Positions 32,460 through 41,358 of a DNA stretch of 64,000 bases are shown here, in pieces. Every line of letters starts with the position of its first letter. Position 1 is the first letter of the stretch. The DNA is from a virus. Position numbers and translations under genes: made by a program. The stretch spans positions 3,522 through 67,521 of the IMG/VR virus record IMGVR_UViG_3300032236_001391; one strand, 5' to 3'. The notes beneath the pieces are model-generated. The model had not been told where the DNA came from, made no database searches, and saw only the letters and a program-made list of their open reading frames with translations.

Positions 32460-33996
32460 AATAGCATTTATATTTGCATATAGAACATCTGATATTTGGT
32501 CTACCCCGTTATCTATAGTAGAAGAATTTAAAAAAAGAGGATGGGAAACAAAAATATATTCTTTGTTTGGAAAAAATGATGAATATACTGATGATAATAT
32601 CAGAAAAATGATTGATTCAGATAATCCAGATATAGTAATGTATATGGATTGGGGAAGATATGATTCTGAATTATTGAATAAATCTAATCTCCCTTCAGCA
32701 TATTGGATTATGGAATCTGGAGACGATCCTCAAAACTACGATAAAAATTCTATTAAAGCTCATAAGTTTGATTTGATATTAACTCCTGCTCATGATTCTT
32801 ATTTGAAATATAAGAATAACGGACACGATGTATTATGGTGGACTCATTTTGCTGATACTAATATACACACCTTATATATGGGTTTTGATGATTTACCGCC
32901 AGTGAGATCGACTAGAGGTCAGGGTGGTTCTCAATTTATGGATATTTTGTCTTCACTTATTCCGGATAAATTTATTAATAAGAATGGATTTACAGGTACT
33001 GATTATGGGTATTTTTTAAACAATGGTAAAATAGTATTACAAAATAGCCGATGGAAAGAAATAACTAGAAGGATATTTGAAGGTATGGCATGTGGTAGAA
33101 TGATTTTAACCGATAGGCTCCCAGATGAAACTATGATAAGTACTTTATTCACCGAAGGAAAAGATATTGTTTATTATGATAATTTTTCTGATTGCATTTC
33201 TAAAATAAATTATTATCTTAGTCCTGAGGGGATATATGAAAGAGATACTATAGCTAGTAATGGATATGATAATGTTATAAAAAATCATACTCAAAAACAA
33301 AGAGTTGATGTTATACTTGAAAAATATAATGAATTTAAAATTAAAAAAATGGAAAATCCAAAATTAGCAAAAGGTTTTGAGCATTTAGCTCAATCTATGC
33401 CTACCGGATGGCACTCATCTCATCCTGATTATAAGTTACTCTTTTATAAAGGAGTAGAAGTTTCTCAAGTAACCGGGGCATTGCAAGTACTAAATGAAGA
33501 ATTCTTTTCTCAGTTTGACACAATAATTGAGATAGGTTCTTATTTCGGTGGTTTATCTTTATGGATTAACGATCATAAAAGACCGGATACAAAATTTATT
33601 AGCTATGATATAGACCCTTCAATAAACAGGGTAGCCGCTGCCGGTATTCCTATTGATTTTAGAATAAAAGATTGTTTTTCAGAAGAAGGTAAAAAAGAAA
33701 TCATAGATCTTATTCAGCTAAAAGGAAAAACATTATTGGTTTGTGATGGGGGTGCTAAAAATGAAGAATTCAAATTATTTTCTAAATATTTGAAATATGA
33801 CGATGTTATAATTCTTCATGATTTTTTAACAGATGATGCTACGTTTAAACGTTTGGGTAACTTTTGGCAATGGCCTTATGGTGGAGAATCTCAATACACA
33901 TCTATCGAATCAGCAATAATTGAAAATAATTTAGATCGAATCTCCAATTATGAAGATTTTGTATCAACATTTTGGGGCGCATTTGTAAAAAGATAA
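32440..33996 (+). CDS. Glycosyltransferase (Glyco_trans_1_2-like) fused to SAM methyltransferase-like domain
   Basis: RRIFEGMACG..ILTD and HT..QR in the N-domain; IIEIGSYFGG and VIILHD in the C-domain; ATG 32440 preferred over TTG 32413. Confidence 0.7.
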   Translation: MQSSKNKIAFIFAYRTSDIWSTPLSIVEEFKKRGWETKIYSLFGKNDEYTDDNIRKMIDSDNPDIVMYMDWGRYDSELLNKSNLPSAYWIMESGDDPQNYDKNSIKAHKFDLILTPAHDSYLKYKNNGHDVLWWTHFADTNIHTLYMGFDDLPPVRSTRGQGGSQFMDILSSLIPDKFINKNGFTGTDYGYFLNNGKIVLQNSRWKEITRRIFEGMACGRMILTDRLPDETMISTLFTEGKDIVYYDNFSDCISKINYYLSPEGIYERDTIASNGYDNVIKNHTQKQRVDVILEKYNEFKIKKMENPKLAKGFEHLAQSMPTGWHSSHPDYKLLFYKGVEVSQVTGALQVLNEEFFSQFDTIIEIGSYFGGLSLWINDHKRPDTKFISYDIDPSINRVAAAGIPIDFRIKDCFSEEGKKEIIDLIQLKGKTLLVCDGGAKNEEFKLFSKYLKYDDVIILHDFLTDDATFKRLGNFWQWPYGGESQYTSIESAIIENNLDRISNYEDFVSTFWGAFVKR

Positions 33997-33998
33997 AA

Positions 33999-34721
33999 AT
34001 GGAAAATATAAGTTTATCAATCGGAATATTGACATGGAAGTCTCATGACACATTATTTAATACATTAAACTCGTATAAAAATAATGGTCTATTAGATATG
34101 ACATCAGACGTTAGAATATACGCTCAAGAACTTTCCAGAGAAGATCTTAGTATAGCAGATCATTTTCGTATTAAAAATATTATAGGAAGTAAAGAAAATA
34201 TTGGAATAGGAAAAGCTTTTAATGCACTTATAGATGATGCTAAATACGATCACATCCTCATATTAGAAAATGATTGGGTATTATGTGAAAATCCTCACAT
34301 AACAAAGAAAGTTATATTAGAATCAATGTCCGCAGTTATTTATGATGGAGTTGATTTTATGAGACTAAGACATGTACAAAACCCAGGTGATCCTTTATAC
34401 ACAAGACAATTTGAAGGAAACGAAATGGCAAGCCCTCAGCATTTATTAGATGCTATTCATTGGCATGGAAAAAATCTAGCTAATGTATTCCCAGATAAAA
34501 TATTTGAAGGACCCGGTTATTTATTTACTGATTCAAAATTTGGTAATCATACAAATAATCCTTTTCTTTGCAGTAAGAAATTCTATAATGATAATATAAG
34601 ACCTTATTCCGGAGAAGGTATTCAATTAGAAGGATTAATAAGAGATCAGTGGGTCGATGCTAATTATAAAGTAGCACATAGCACAACTGGTTTATTTACA
34701 CATCATAGGATGGACCGATGA
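33999..34721 (+). CDS. GT-A (GT2-like) glycosyltransferase
   Basis: NIGIGKA.N, ILILENDW, TNNP; ATG 33999 after the upstream stop. Confidence 0.65.
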   Translation: MENISLSIGILTWKSHDTLFNTLNSYKNNGLLDMTSDVRIYAQELSREDLSIADHFRIKNIIGSKENIGIGKAFNALIDDAKYDHILILENDWVLCENPHITKKVILESMSAVIYDGVDFMRLRHVQNPGDPLYTRQFEGNEMASPQHLLDAIHWHGKNLANVFPDKIFEGPGYLFTDSKFGNHTNNPFLCSKKFYNDNIRPYSGEGIQLEGLIRDQWVDANYKVAHSTTGLFTHHRMDR

Positions 34722-34762
34722 TAAAAAATATATTATAATTTAATAACTAAAAAAAAAACAAG

Positions 34763-35410
34763 ATGAAAAAAATTGTATTATTGTTATCAACAATTACATT
34801 ATTTTTCGCTATGAGCGGAAAAACACAAGATACTATTCGTATCAAACATACTAATTATGTATCAGTATATTCAAAATCTTTAAAGTATCCAGTATTGGTA
34901 GAATGGTGGGAAACAAAAGCAAAGGTAGCTTGTCCTGCACCATTGCCTAGGAAAGATCAATTTGCACCAGATCCATTATTACCAGTAGAAACTAATCTAG
35001 GTAAAGACTACGTCGGCTCAGGAACAGATAGAGGTCATATGTCCCCAGCAGCATCAAATGAATGTAATGGTCCTCAAGTATTAACTGAATGTTTTTATTT
35101 CTCGAACATGGCTCCCCAATACCATTCACTTAATGCCGGAGATTGGAAAAGCGTCGAAACGTTATCCCGCGACTTGGCCATCAAAAACGATTCAGTTCAT
35201 ATTTGGGCAGGGTCTATTGGTGTGGCAAAAACATTTGGTGCTGATAAAGTTGCCGTTCCCACCGAATGTTGGAAAGTTATCTATATAGTAAAATCAAAAG
35301 AATGGTTTGCATACGAGTTCAAAAATACAACAGATAAACCAACGGGAGTCCATTCTCATGAAGTTACAGTTGAGGACATAACTAAATTGACCGGATTTAA
35401 ATTTAAATAA
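34763..35410 (+). CDS. Secreted DNA/RNA non-specific endonuclease (NucA/EndA family)
   Basis: Signal peptide; DRGH, SNMAPQ...LN...W...E, VP...WKV. Confidence 0.9.
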   Translation: MKKIVLLLSTITLFFAMSGKTQDTIRIKHTNYVSVYSKSLKYPVLVEWWETKAKVACPAPLPRKDQFAPDPLLPVETNLGKDYVGSGTDRGHMSPAASNECNGPQVLTECFYFSNMAPQYHSLNAGDWKSVETLSRDLAIKNDSVHIWAGSIGVAKTFGADKVAVPTECWKVIYIVKSKEWFAYEFKNTTDKPTGVHSHEVTVEDITKLTGFKFK

Positions 35411-35411
35411 T

Positions 35412-36035
35412 ATGTACAGATACGATATAATAAACACTTTCATAAAAAAATATAATTTTAAAAATTATCTAGAAATCGGAGTATTCACAGGTCAATGTAT
35501 ACGAGAAGTCATAGCCAGCAAGAAAGATGGGGTAGATCCGGGAGTCGAAGGTCATACACCACCTGAAGTGAATTACATAATGGGATCAGATCAATTTTTT
35601 GAGATACTGAAATCTAGAAGTGAAAAAAATAAATACGATATAATTTTCATCGATGGATTACATCATTCAGATCAGGTTGATAAAGATATAGAAAACTGTT
35701 TAGAATATCTAATCGATGGCGGAATATTGATGTTACATGATTGTAATCCATTAAAAGAAGAATATACTTTTGTTCCCAGAAAAACAGGAATATGGCACGG
35801 TGATGTATATAAATCAATATTAAAATTTAAATTGAAAAATATACATACTTTCTTTACAGTTGATACAGATTGTGGATGCGCCGTCATTACAAAAAATTAT
35901 ATAAAAGAAAGTAATATTGATACAGAAAGTTTAGAAAAAGCTTTAGTATCTTGGGAACATTTCGATGCTAATAGAACAGAATTATTGAATTTAATATCAC
36001 CGGAAAAATTTAAAAAAATATATGAAATTATTTGA
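35412..36035 (+). CDS. Class I SAM methyltransferase (Methyltransf_24-like)
   Basis: YLEIGV, GVDP, DIIFIDGLH, GGILMLHD. Confidence 0.85.
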   Translation: MYRYDIINTFIKKYNFKNYLEIGVFTGQCIREVIASKKDGVDPGVEGHTPPEVNYIMGSDQFFEILKSRSEKNKYDIIFIDGLHHSDQVDKDIENCLEYLIDGGILMLHDCNPLKEEYTFVPRKTGIWHGDVYKSILKFKLKNIHTFFTVDTDCGCAVITKNYIKESNIDTESLEKALVSWEHFDANRTELLNLISPEKFKKIYEII

Positions 36036-36846
36036 TTGTTTTACTTTTTTTAATGAGTTGGATTTATTAGAGTTTAGATTAAAATTATTAGGAGATCATG
36101 TTGATTATTTTGTAATATGTGAATCTAATCTAACACATTCAGGTAAATCTAAAGAGTACATACTAAACAATAATATTAGTAGATTTAATAAATGGAAAAA
36201 TAAAATTATCTATTTACCGATAGAACAATCTATAGAAGGATTGTCGTTTGATGAAGTTAATACCTATACTCCAACTAACGGTTCTTGGATTTTGGAAAAT
36301 CAACAGAGATCAGGTTTATCGTATGTGAATAATATGATAGATGATAATGATTTAGTTCTTGTTGGTGATTTGGATGAAATACCCAATCCTGAAATAATTA
36401 AAAAAATTATAGATACTGAAATTCCAATTAATAATCCTATAGTTTTAAGACAATTATTTCATTATTATTTTTTAAATTGTCAAAATGAAGGAGCGGAAAG
36501 ATGGTGGAACGGAACTATACTTAGTAATGGTATATGTTTTAAAGAATATGGACCACAAGAATTGAGAAATAACAGAAATAATTTAACCATTTTACCTCTA
36601 GCCGGTTGGCATTTTTCATACTTAGGGGGAATAGAAAAGATAAAAGCTAAAATACAATCCTTTGCTCACACCGAATTCAATCGACCTGATATATTATCAG
36701 ACGAGAATATAATAGAGGCATTAGAAAAAGGTACAGACGTTTTAAAAAGACCTGGAGTTTATTATAAATTCTATCCATTAGATTACTATCCTGAATATCT
36801 AAGGGATCTGATGAAACAATATCCGTTATTTATCAAAGACATATGA
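36022..36846 (+). CDS. GT17-like glycosyltransferase
   Basis: DCFTFFNELDLL, ESN.THSG.K, E..QR, DLDEIP, GWHFSY. Confidence 0.85.
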   Translation: MKLFDCFTFFNELDLLEFRLKLLGDHVDYFVICESNLTHSGKSKEYILNNNISRFNKWKNKIIYLPIEQSIEGLSFDEVNTYTPTNGSWILENQQRSGLSYVNNMIDDNDLVLVGDLDEIPNPEIIKKIIDTEIPINNPIVLRQLFHYYFLNCQNEGAERWWNGTILSNGICFKEYGPQELRNNRNNLTILPLAGWHFSYLGGIEKIKAKIQSFAHTEFNRPDILSDENIIEALEKGTDVLKRPGVYYKFYPLDYYPEYLRDLMKQYPLFIKDI

Positions 36847-37679
36847 AATTATCAGAAATATTAAACGAATCATGTTTTGGTACCATCGCTACAATCGATG
36901 CTGAAGAAAGTATAAACAAGCTTCAATTCTTCCTAGAATGTAATAAAGCGTTTATAAATAACTTCAAACACGTATTAGTATCCCTAAATTTCATTGAAAA
37001 TACTTCTTCTGAAGTAATTGATCAATATAAAAAGATATGGTCAGAAAACGTCCCTAATGCGGTTTTTTTAATCCATAATGAGAATAAAGGTCATATGTTT
37101 GGGACGATAGATTTAGAAGAATCTATTTTCACATTTATAACCGATAATTATAAAGATGTTAGATATATATGGAAAAGTATGGATGATTTTCTTTTATCGG
37201 AAAATCTATTCGATGTAGAAGTCCCCAATGTGGGTTTCTATTATTTGCCTGGTTTTAGCTATGAATCTATATATAAAGCCGGAGGTAAAGATGCTCTATT
37301 TGAAAATTATGAGAATTATGAAAATGGTTTTTGGACTCCTCAAACAACTTTTTTTATTCTTAATATTAGTACTTCTGATAATCTTTATGGTTCCGATATT
37401 CTTGATAAATATAAAATTTATCTCGATCATAAAAAGAACATCCCGGAAATAAAACCATGGGATATTAAATTTGATATAAAATTTGACTGTGAAACCCATT
37501 TAGGTAGAACTACAAAGGATATATCCAAATATTGCTTATTAGGGGAAAATAAATTTAAAGAGCTATTAGACTTCGTTGATTTTAATAGAATTGGAGATCC
37601 TTCACATAAAAATATATATTTTATAGATTTAAAAATTTCCCATTATCATTTCTATAATGATCTTGTTTTTAACATTTAA
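36843..37679 (+). CDS. Hypothetical protein, possible divergent GT-A fold
   Basis: N.GH..G and KSMDD motifs; inside the glycosylation island. Confidence 0.4.
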   Translation: MKLSEILNESCFGTIATIDAEESINKLQFFLECNKAFINNFKHVLVSLNFIENTSSEVIDQYKKIWSENVPNAVFLIHNENKGHMFGTIDLEESIFTFITDNYKDVRYIWKSMDDFLLSENLFDVEVPNVGFYYLPGFSYESIYKAGGKDALFENYENYENGFWTPQTTFFILNISTSDNLYGSDILDKYKIYLDHKKNIPEIKPWDIKFDIKFDCETHLGRTTKDISKYCLLGENKFKELLDFVDFNRIGDPSHKNIYFIDLKISHYHFYNDLVFNI

Positions 37680-37712
37680 TTGATTATCTTTGTATTTCAG
37701 ATATTTATATAC

Positions 37713-38411
37713 GTGAAAACATTAACAGATTTATTAATAGAAGCTGCGCTAAAACCCGAAATAGCACAGCAAATTATAGATAAGAATCAACGTATTTCTA
37801 TCTACTATAGGGGCGACGAAACCAACCCAAAGGGTTGGAGAAAGTTTGAACCGGCGTTTATTGATAAGGTAAAAGGTAAACAATTTATTGTAGGTTATGA
37901 AATAGAAACCTCAGGAGAACTCAAAAAAGAAAGATCTAGATTTGAATTAGATAAAATTGTAAACTGGAACTTATTATCTACTGCCCCAACAACATTCAAC
38001 CCCAAAGAAGATGATCCTATCGTCGACGCTATTAGGAACAAAAGAGTAGTAAGTTTTTATTATAAAGGAGATAAAGAGGAAGCTCCTGGATATAGAACAG
38101 GGATCGAACCTGTTTGCTACGGCAAAAGAAAAGGTATCAAATATTTAAGAGCATGGCAAAAAGGTGGTAAATCTGTTAGTGCAGAGAAAGGTGATAAAAA
38201 AAGACAATTACCCAGTTGGAGGTTCTTTAGAGTAGATAGAATAAGAGCATGGAAACCTACTGGTACAGAAACATTCACTGACCCTCCTTCTGCCAATTTT
38301 AATCCATATGGAGATAAACTCATGGATACCATATTAATCGTAGCTGACTTTATTAAAAAACCAGGTGAAACTCTACAAGAATCAATAATCGAAGCAGTAA
38401 ATATATTTTAA
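37713..38411 (+). CDS. Tandem WYL-domain protein
   Basis: Two repeats of 'ai..k..vsfyY.G......R.iEP........R.F.vDrI'; GTG start after TATTTAT. Confidence 0.7.
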   Translation: MKTLTDLLIEAALKPEIAQQIIDKNQRISIYYRGDETNPKGWRKFEPAFIDKVKGKQFIVGYEIETSGELKKERSRFELDKIVNWNLLSTAPTTFNPKEDDPIVDAIRNKRVVSFYYKGDKEEAPGYRTGIEPVCYGKRKGIKYLRAWQKGGKSVSAEKGDKKRQLPSWRFFRVDRIRAWKPTGTETFTDPPSANFNPYGDKLMDTILIVADFIKKPGETLQESIIEAVNIF

Positions 38412-38421
38412 AAAATATAGA

Positions 38422-38751
38422 ATGGAAAAGAAAAAACGCAGTAAACATAAAAAACGAATTGTACCTTTTCTAAATTACAACGTAAGAGACTTCAGCGATT
38501 ACGATACATTATCAAAAACAACAGAACTTAAAAAGATTGTATTCTCTTCTTTATACGAAGCTATCAAAGATAGTATAGCGTGTAGAAAAGAAAATGCAGA
38601 TATTTTCATGATTAATCAAGATGAATATGTAGTTTTGAATAAAGACAAATGGAAAGACTCTTTACAAAAAGCTATTGAATTCTTTTCTACAGAAGAGATT
38701 CAAGACTACGAAAGCTGCAAATTATGTAAAGATTTGATAAATAAATTATAA
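38422..38751 (+). CDS. Hypothetical protein with C-terminal UVR-like motif
   Basis: AIEFF...QDYESC....DL. Confidence 0.5.
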   Translation: MEKKKRSKHKKRIVPFLNYNVRDFSDYDTLSKTTELKKIVFSSLYEAIKDSIACRKENADIFMINQDEYVVLNKDKWKDSLQKAIEFFSTEEIQDYESCKLCKDLINKL

Positions 38752-38754
38752 GTT

Positions 38755-39168
38755 ATGTTAGACAATTTAAGTCCAGACAAATCACATGAAGAAAATGTGA
38801 AGGTTGTTATTGATAAAATTCTAGGACAGCCCACCATTTTAAAAAGGAAAAAGAAATCAGCGGAAGATCACAAGAGAATATTGTTCTGCCGGATTATAGA
38901 TGGGTTAATAGTAGCAGAAGAAAAAGCTATCGCTATTGACGAAATGTTTAGTATAAACATGGAGAAATACAATATCACTTTCTTTGATGTTATACAAGAT
39001 TTATTGAATTTCAGTTTTAATAAAGAGCAATTGAATCTTATAAATTTCTTCATGTATGATAGGTATTCAGCAGATGGAGCTATATTAGATTTAGTAGACA
39101 CTGAAGGGAAATTAGTTCCTTTAGAATCTTCTACTGATTTATGGTTTTTAATTAAAAAATTTGAGTAA
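38755..39168 (+). CDS. Hypothetical protein
   Basis: 137 aa ORF. Confidence 0.5.
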   Translation: MLDNLSPDKSHEENVKVVIDKILGQPTILKRKKKSAEDHKRILFCRIIDGLIVAEEKAIAIDEMFSINMEKYNITFFDVIQDLLNFSFNKEQLNLINFFMYDRYSADGAILDLVDTEGKLVPLESSTDLWFLIKKFE

Positions 39169-39881
39169 TGGACATCAGGCCAGAATTAAAAAATAAGAAA
39201 TCAAAATACATACCAGTTAACAAAAAAGAAATATTAAGAGCAGATGTTGAGAGGGCTGTTAAAAATACTAAATCCAACAGAGCTGCAGCTAGATATCTTG
39301 GTGTAGATATCAAAACATATAAGAAGTACGCGTCGAAATATACCGATGAAAACGGTAACAATCTATATGAATACCATAATAATAAATCAGCTGTAGGTGT
39401 TCCCAAATATACTGTAGGTCTTCCTAGCAGTTCTCAGCTCATTGACATAATGGAAGGTCGGTTAGATAAGAATTTTATATCACATAAAGTTTTTAAGAAT
39501 AGACTTATATCAGAAGGTTTTATAAAAGAAGAATGTTCAAGATGCGGTTATCATGAAAAAAGAGTTTTAGATGAAAAGGTTCCTATCATTCTTCATTATG
39601 TAGACGGTAATAAAAAGAATTGGAAATTAGAAAATATTCAATTCTTATGTTACAATTGTTATTTTCTCTGTGTTGGTGATGTTTTTGAGAAAAAACAAAT
39701 AGAAGCGATGGAAGATTATATGAGAGGTAATGTAAAGGCGATAGACTTTGATCTTCCCGAAATACATGAGGAACGGATAAAAAAGGAGATTAACTTGGAA
39801 AACAGATATATTTATAACAAAGATGATTCGGATAAAGACTCAAACTATGGAGATGATCTAATTTCAATTTATAGAAGATAA
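39168..39881 (+). CDS. HTH plus HNH-like zinc protein
   Basis: SNRAAARYLGVDIKTY HTH; CSRCG...LHYVDGNKKN..LENIQFLCYNC. Confidence 0.7.
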   Translation: MDIRPELKNKKSKYIPVNKKEILRADVERAVKNTKSNRAAARYLGVDIKTYKKYASKYTDENGNNLYEYHNNKSAVGVPKYTVGLPSSSQLIDIMEGRLDKNFISHKVFKNRLISEGFIKEECSRCGYHEKRVLDEKVPIILHYVDGNKKNWKLENIQFLCYNCYFLCVGDVFEKKQIEAMEDYMRGNVKAIDFDLPEIHEERIKKEINLENRYIYNKDDSDKDSNYGDDLISIYRR

Positions 39882-40250
39882 ATGACAAGGAAAAAGAAAG
39901 AAGATACATTAGCCGATGCTCTAATTAAACAAAAAGAAGAATCGGATAAATTAAAAAAATTAGCCAGCAAGGCTGCAGGTCTTGCTTCTCTATTGTCTAA
40001 CAAACCTAAAATTGATTTATTAAGGAAAGAAGTGATGAGAAGATTGCCGATTATCTTTATGAAGTTGGCGGAAAAGATAGAATTCTTTAAAAATAAGTCA
40101 CCGGGTAATATAATAAATCTATATAAAGAAATTGATATATGTGAAAAATATATTGATATTTTAGATAAAGATATGACCGTCGATAAAGCTGTAGAGATAT
40201 TAGAGTGGACCGAAAAAATTGATTCTAAATATGGGTTCGAATCTATTTAA
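39882..40250 (+). CDS. Hypothetical protein
   Basis: 122 aa ORF. Confidence 0.45.
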   Translation: MTRKKKEDTLADALIKQKEESDKLKKLASKAAGLASLLSNKPKIDLLRKEVMRRLPIIFMKLAEKIEFFKNKSPGNIINLYKEIDICEKYIDILDKDMTVDKAVEILEWTEKIDSKYGFESI

Positions 40251-40566
40251 AATACGCATAACTTCTGATAAGGATAAGATGCCTCAGATATTAAGAGATA
40301 ATGAGCACAGCTTATCCATGGAAATAGTCTATAAAGTATGCCAAGCCATCGATAAAGATTTGGCATCAATAGATATTGCAGAGATAATAACTCCGGCAGA
40401 AATAATAACCATTCATTCTACAAGACCCAATTATCTAGATACATTAGAAACTAATCTACAAACTCTTATCAAATACGAAGAATATGAGGTATGCGCAATG
40501 GCAAAAACTCATATAGATTTATTGAAAGAAAAAAAATCCAAAAAATATTTGGATAATAAAAAATAA
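40231..40566 (+). CDS. Hypothetical protein with C-terminal UVR-like motif
   Basis: LIKYEEYEVCA; ATG 40231 preferred. Confidence 0.5.
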   Translation: MGSNLFKIRITSDKDKMPQILRDNEHSLSMEIVYKVCQAIDKDLASIDIAEIITPAEIITIHSTRPNYLDTLETNLQTLIKYEEYEVCAMAKTHIDLLKEKKSKKYLDNKK

Positions 40567-40578
40567 TATTTATCTTTG
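40548..40578 (+). promoter_or_regulatory. Bacteroidota-type promoter driving tmRNA
   Basis: TTTG (40548-40551), 19-nt spacer, TATCTTTG (40571-40578). Confidence 0.7.
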
Positions 40579-40597
40579 CTTTAGTTCTTTAAAATAT

Positions 40598-41080
40598 GGG
40601 CCGGCCAGGCATTTGATTGCTATGTAAAGGGTAGTATCACACGCAGAGGAATGGTTCTCAAGCCTCTTTAATCAAGGAACAAACTAATAAACGACAACAC
40701 AAACACTCGTCAAGAAGAAGGTGCTAGCATTATCAACATGGCTTTTGCCAATGTTAGAATGGCTGTAGCAGCTTAGTTCTTTCCCTGGTAACTTGGGTGA
40801 AACAGTAAGTTACAAAATTGGTATCCATCTACCGTAAAGTGGTCACAATGATGGAACATTCCCCGCCGAGAATGTGGGTAGTCGGGGCGAATTTTTGCTA
40901 GTTTAGTAAAATTAGATGGTGGAGCGACTGTACCTAACCAGTATAGTCCCAAATTACGGTGCAGATGAACCTTGTGCTACCGCTTACTGGTAGTAGACAA
41001 GTAGTAGTTAGTACTAAGCGTGTGAGACGTTGGTATTATGTTTTCTTAGTAAGACAGCGGTTCGATTCCGCTCCGGTCCA
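40598..41080 (+). ncRNA. ssrA: tmRNA
   Basis: Acceptor stem GGGCCGG/CCGGTCC-A with G3:U70; T arm AGCGG-TTCGATT-CCGCT; internal tag frame ending ...MAVAA-stop (40693-40776). Confidence 0.9.
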
Positions 41081-41085
41081 CGAGC

Positions 41086-41142
41086 ACTTTTTGTACCTTG
41101 GGTGTATCTATAATAAAATATAGATATACCAAGGTAAAAGTG
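41086..41142. repeat. Long imperfect inverted repeat right after tmRNA
   Basis: CACTTTT..TACCTTGG.TGTATCTATA / TATAGATATACCAAGGTA.AAAGTG. Confidence 0.7.
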
Positions 41143-41196
41143 TAAAAAAGAAATTAAATAAAATATTAAAAAAATTATTTTTATACCCTATTATAT

Positions 41197-41358
41197 ATGA
41201 TTAAATATTTATTTTTTATACCGGTATTATCAGTATTTTTTTATATTAATGTTACAAATAAAGATTCCATTAAGATAAATACCGATTCGATTAAACTTGA
41301 TAGTTATATCAAAAAAACAATAAAGGTTTTAAAGAAAAAACATTTAATAGCACATTAA
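41197..41358 (+). CDS. Possible small membrane protein (53 aa, not in ORF track)
   Basis: Open frame MIKYLFFIPVLSVFFYINV... Confidence 0.3.
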   Translation: MIKYLFFIPVLSVFFYINVTNKDSIKINTDSIKLDSYIKKTIKVLKKKHLIAH

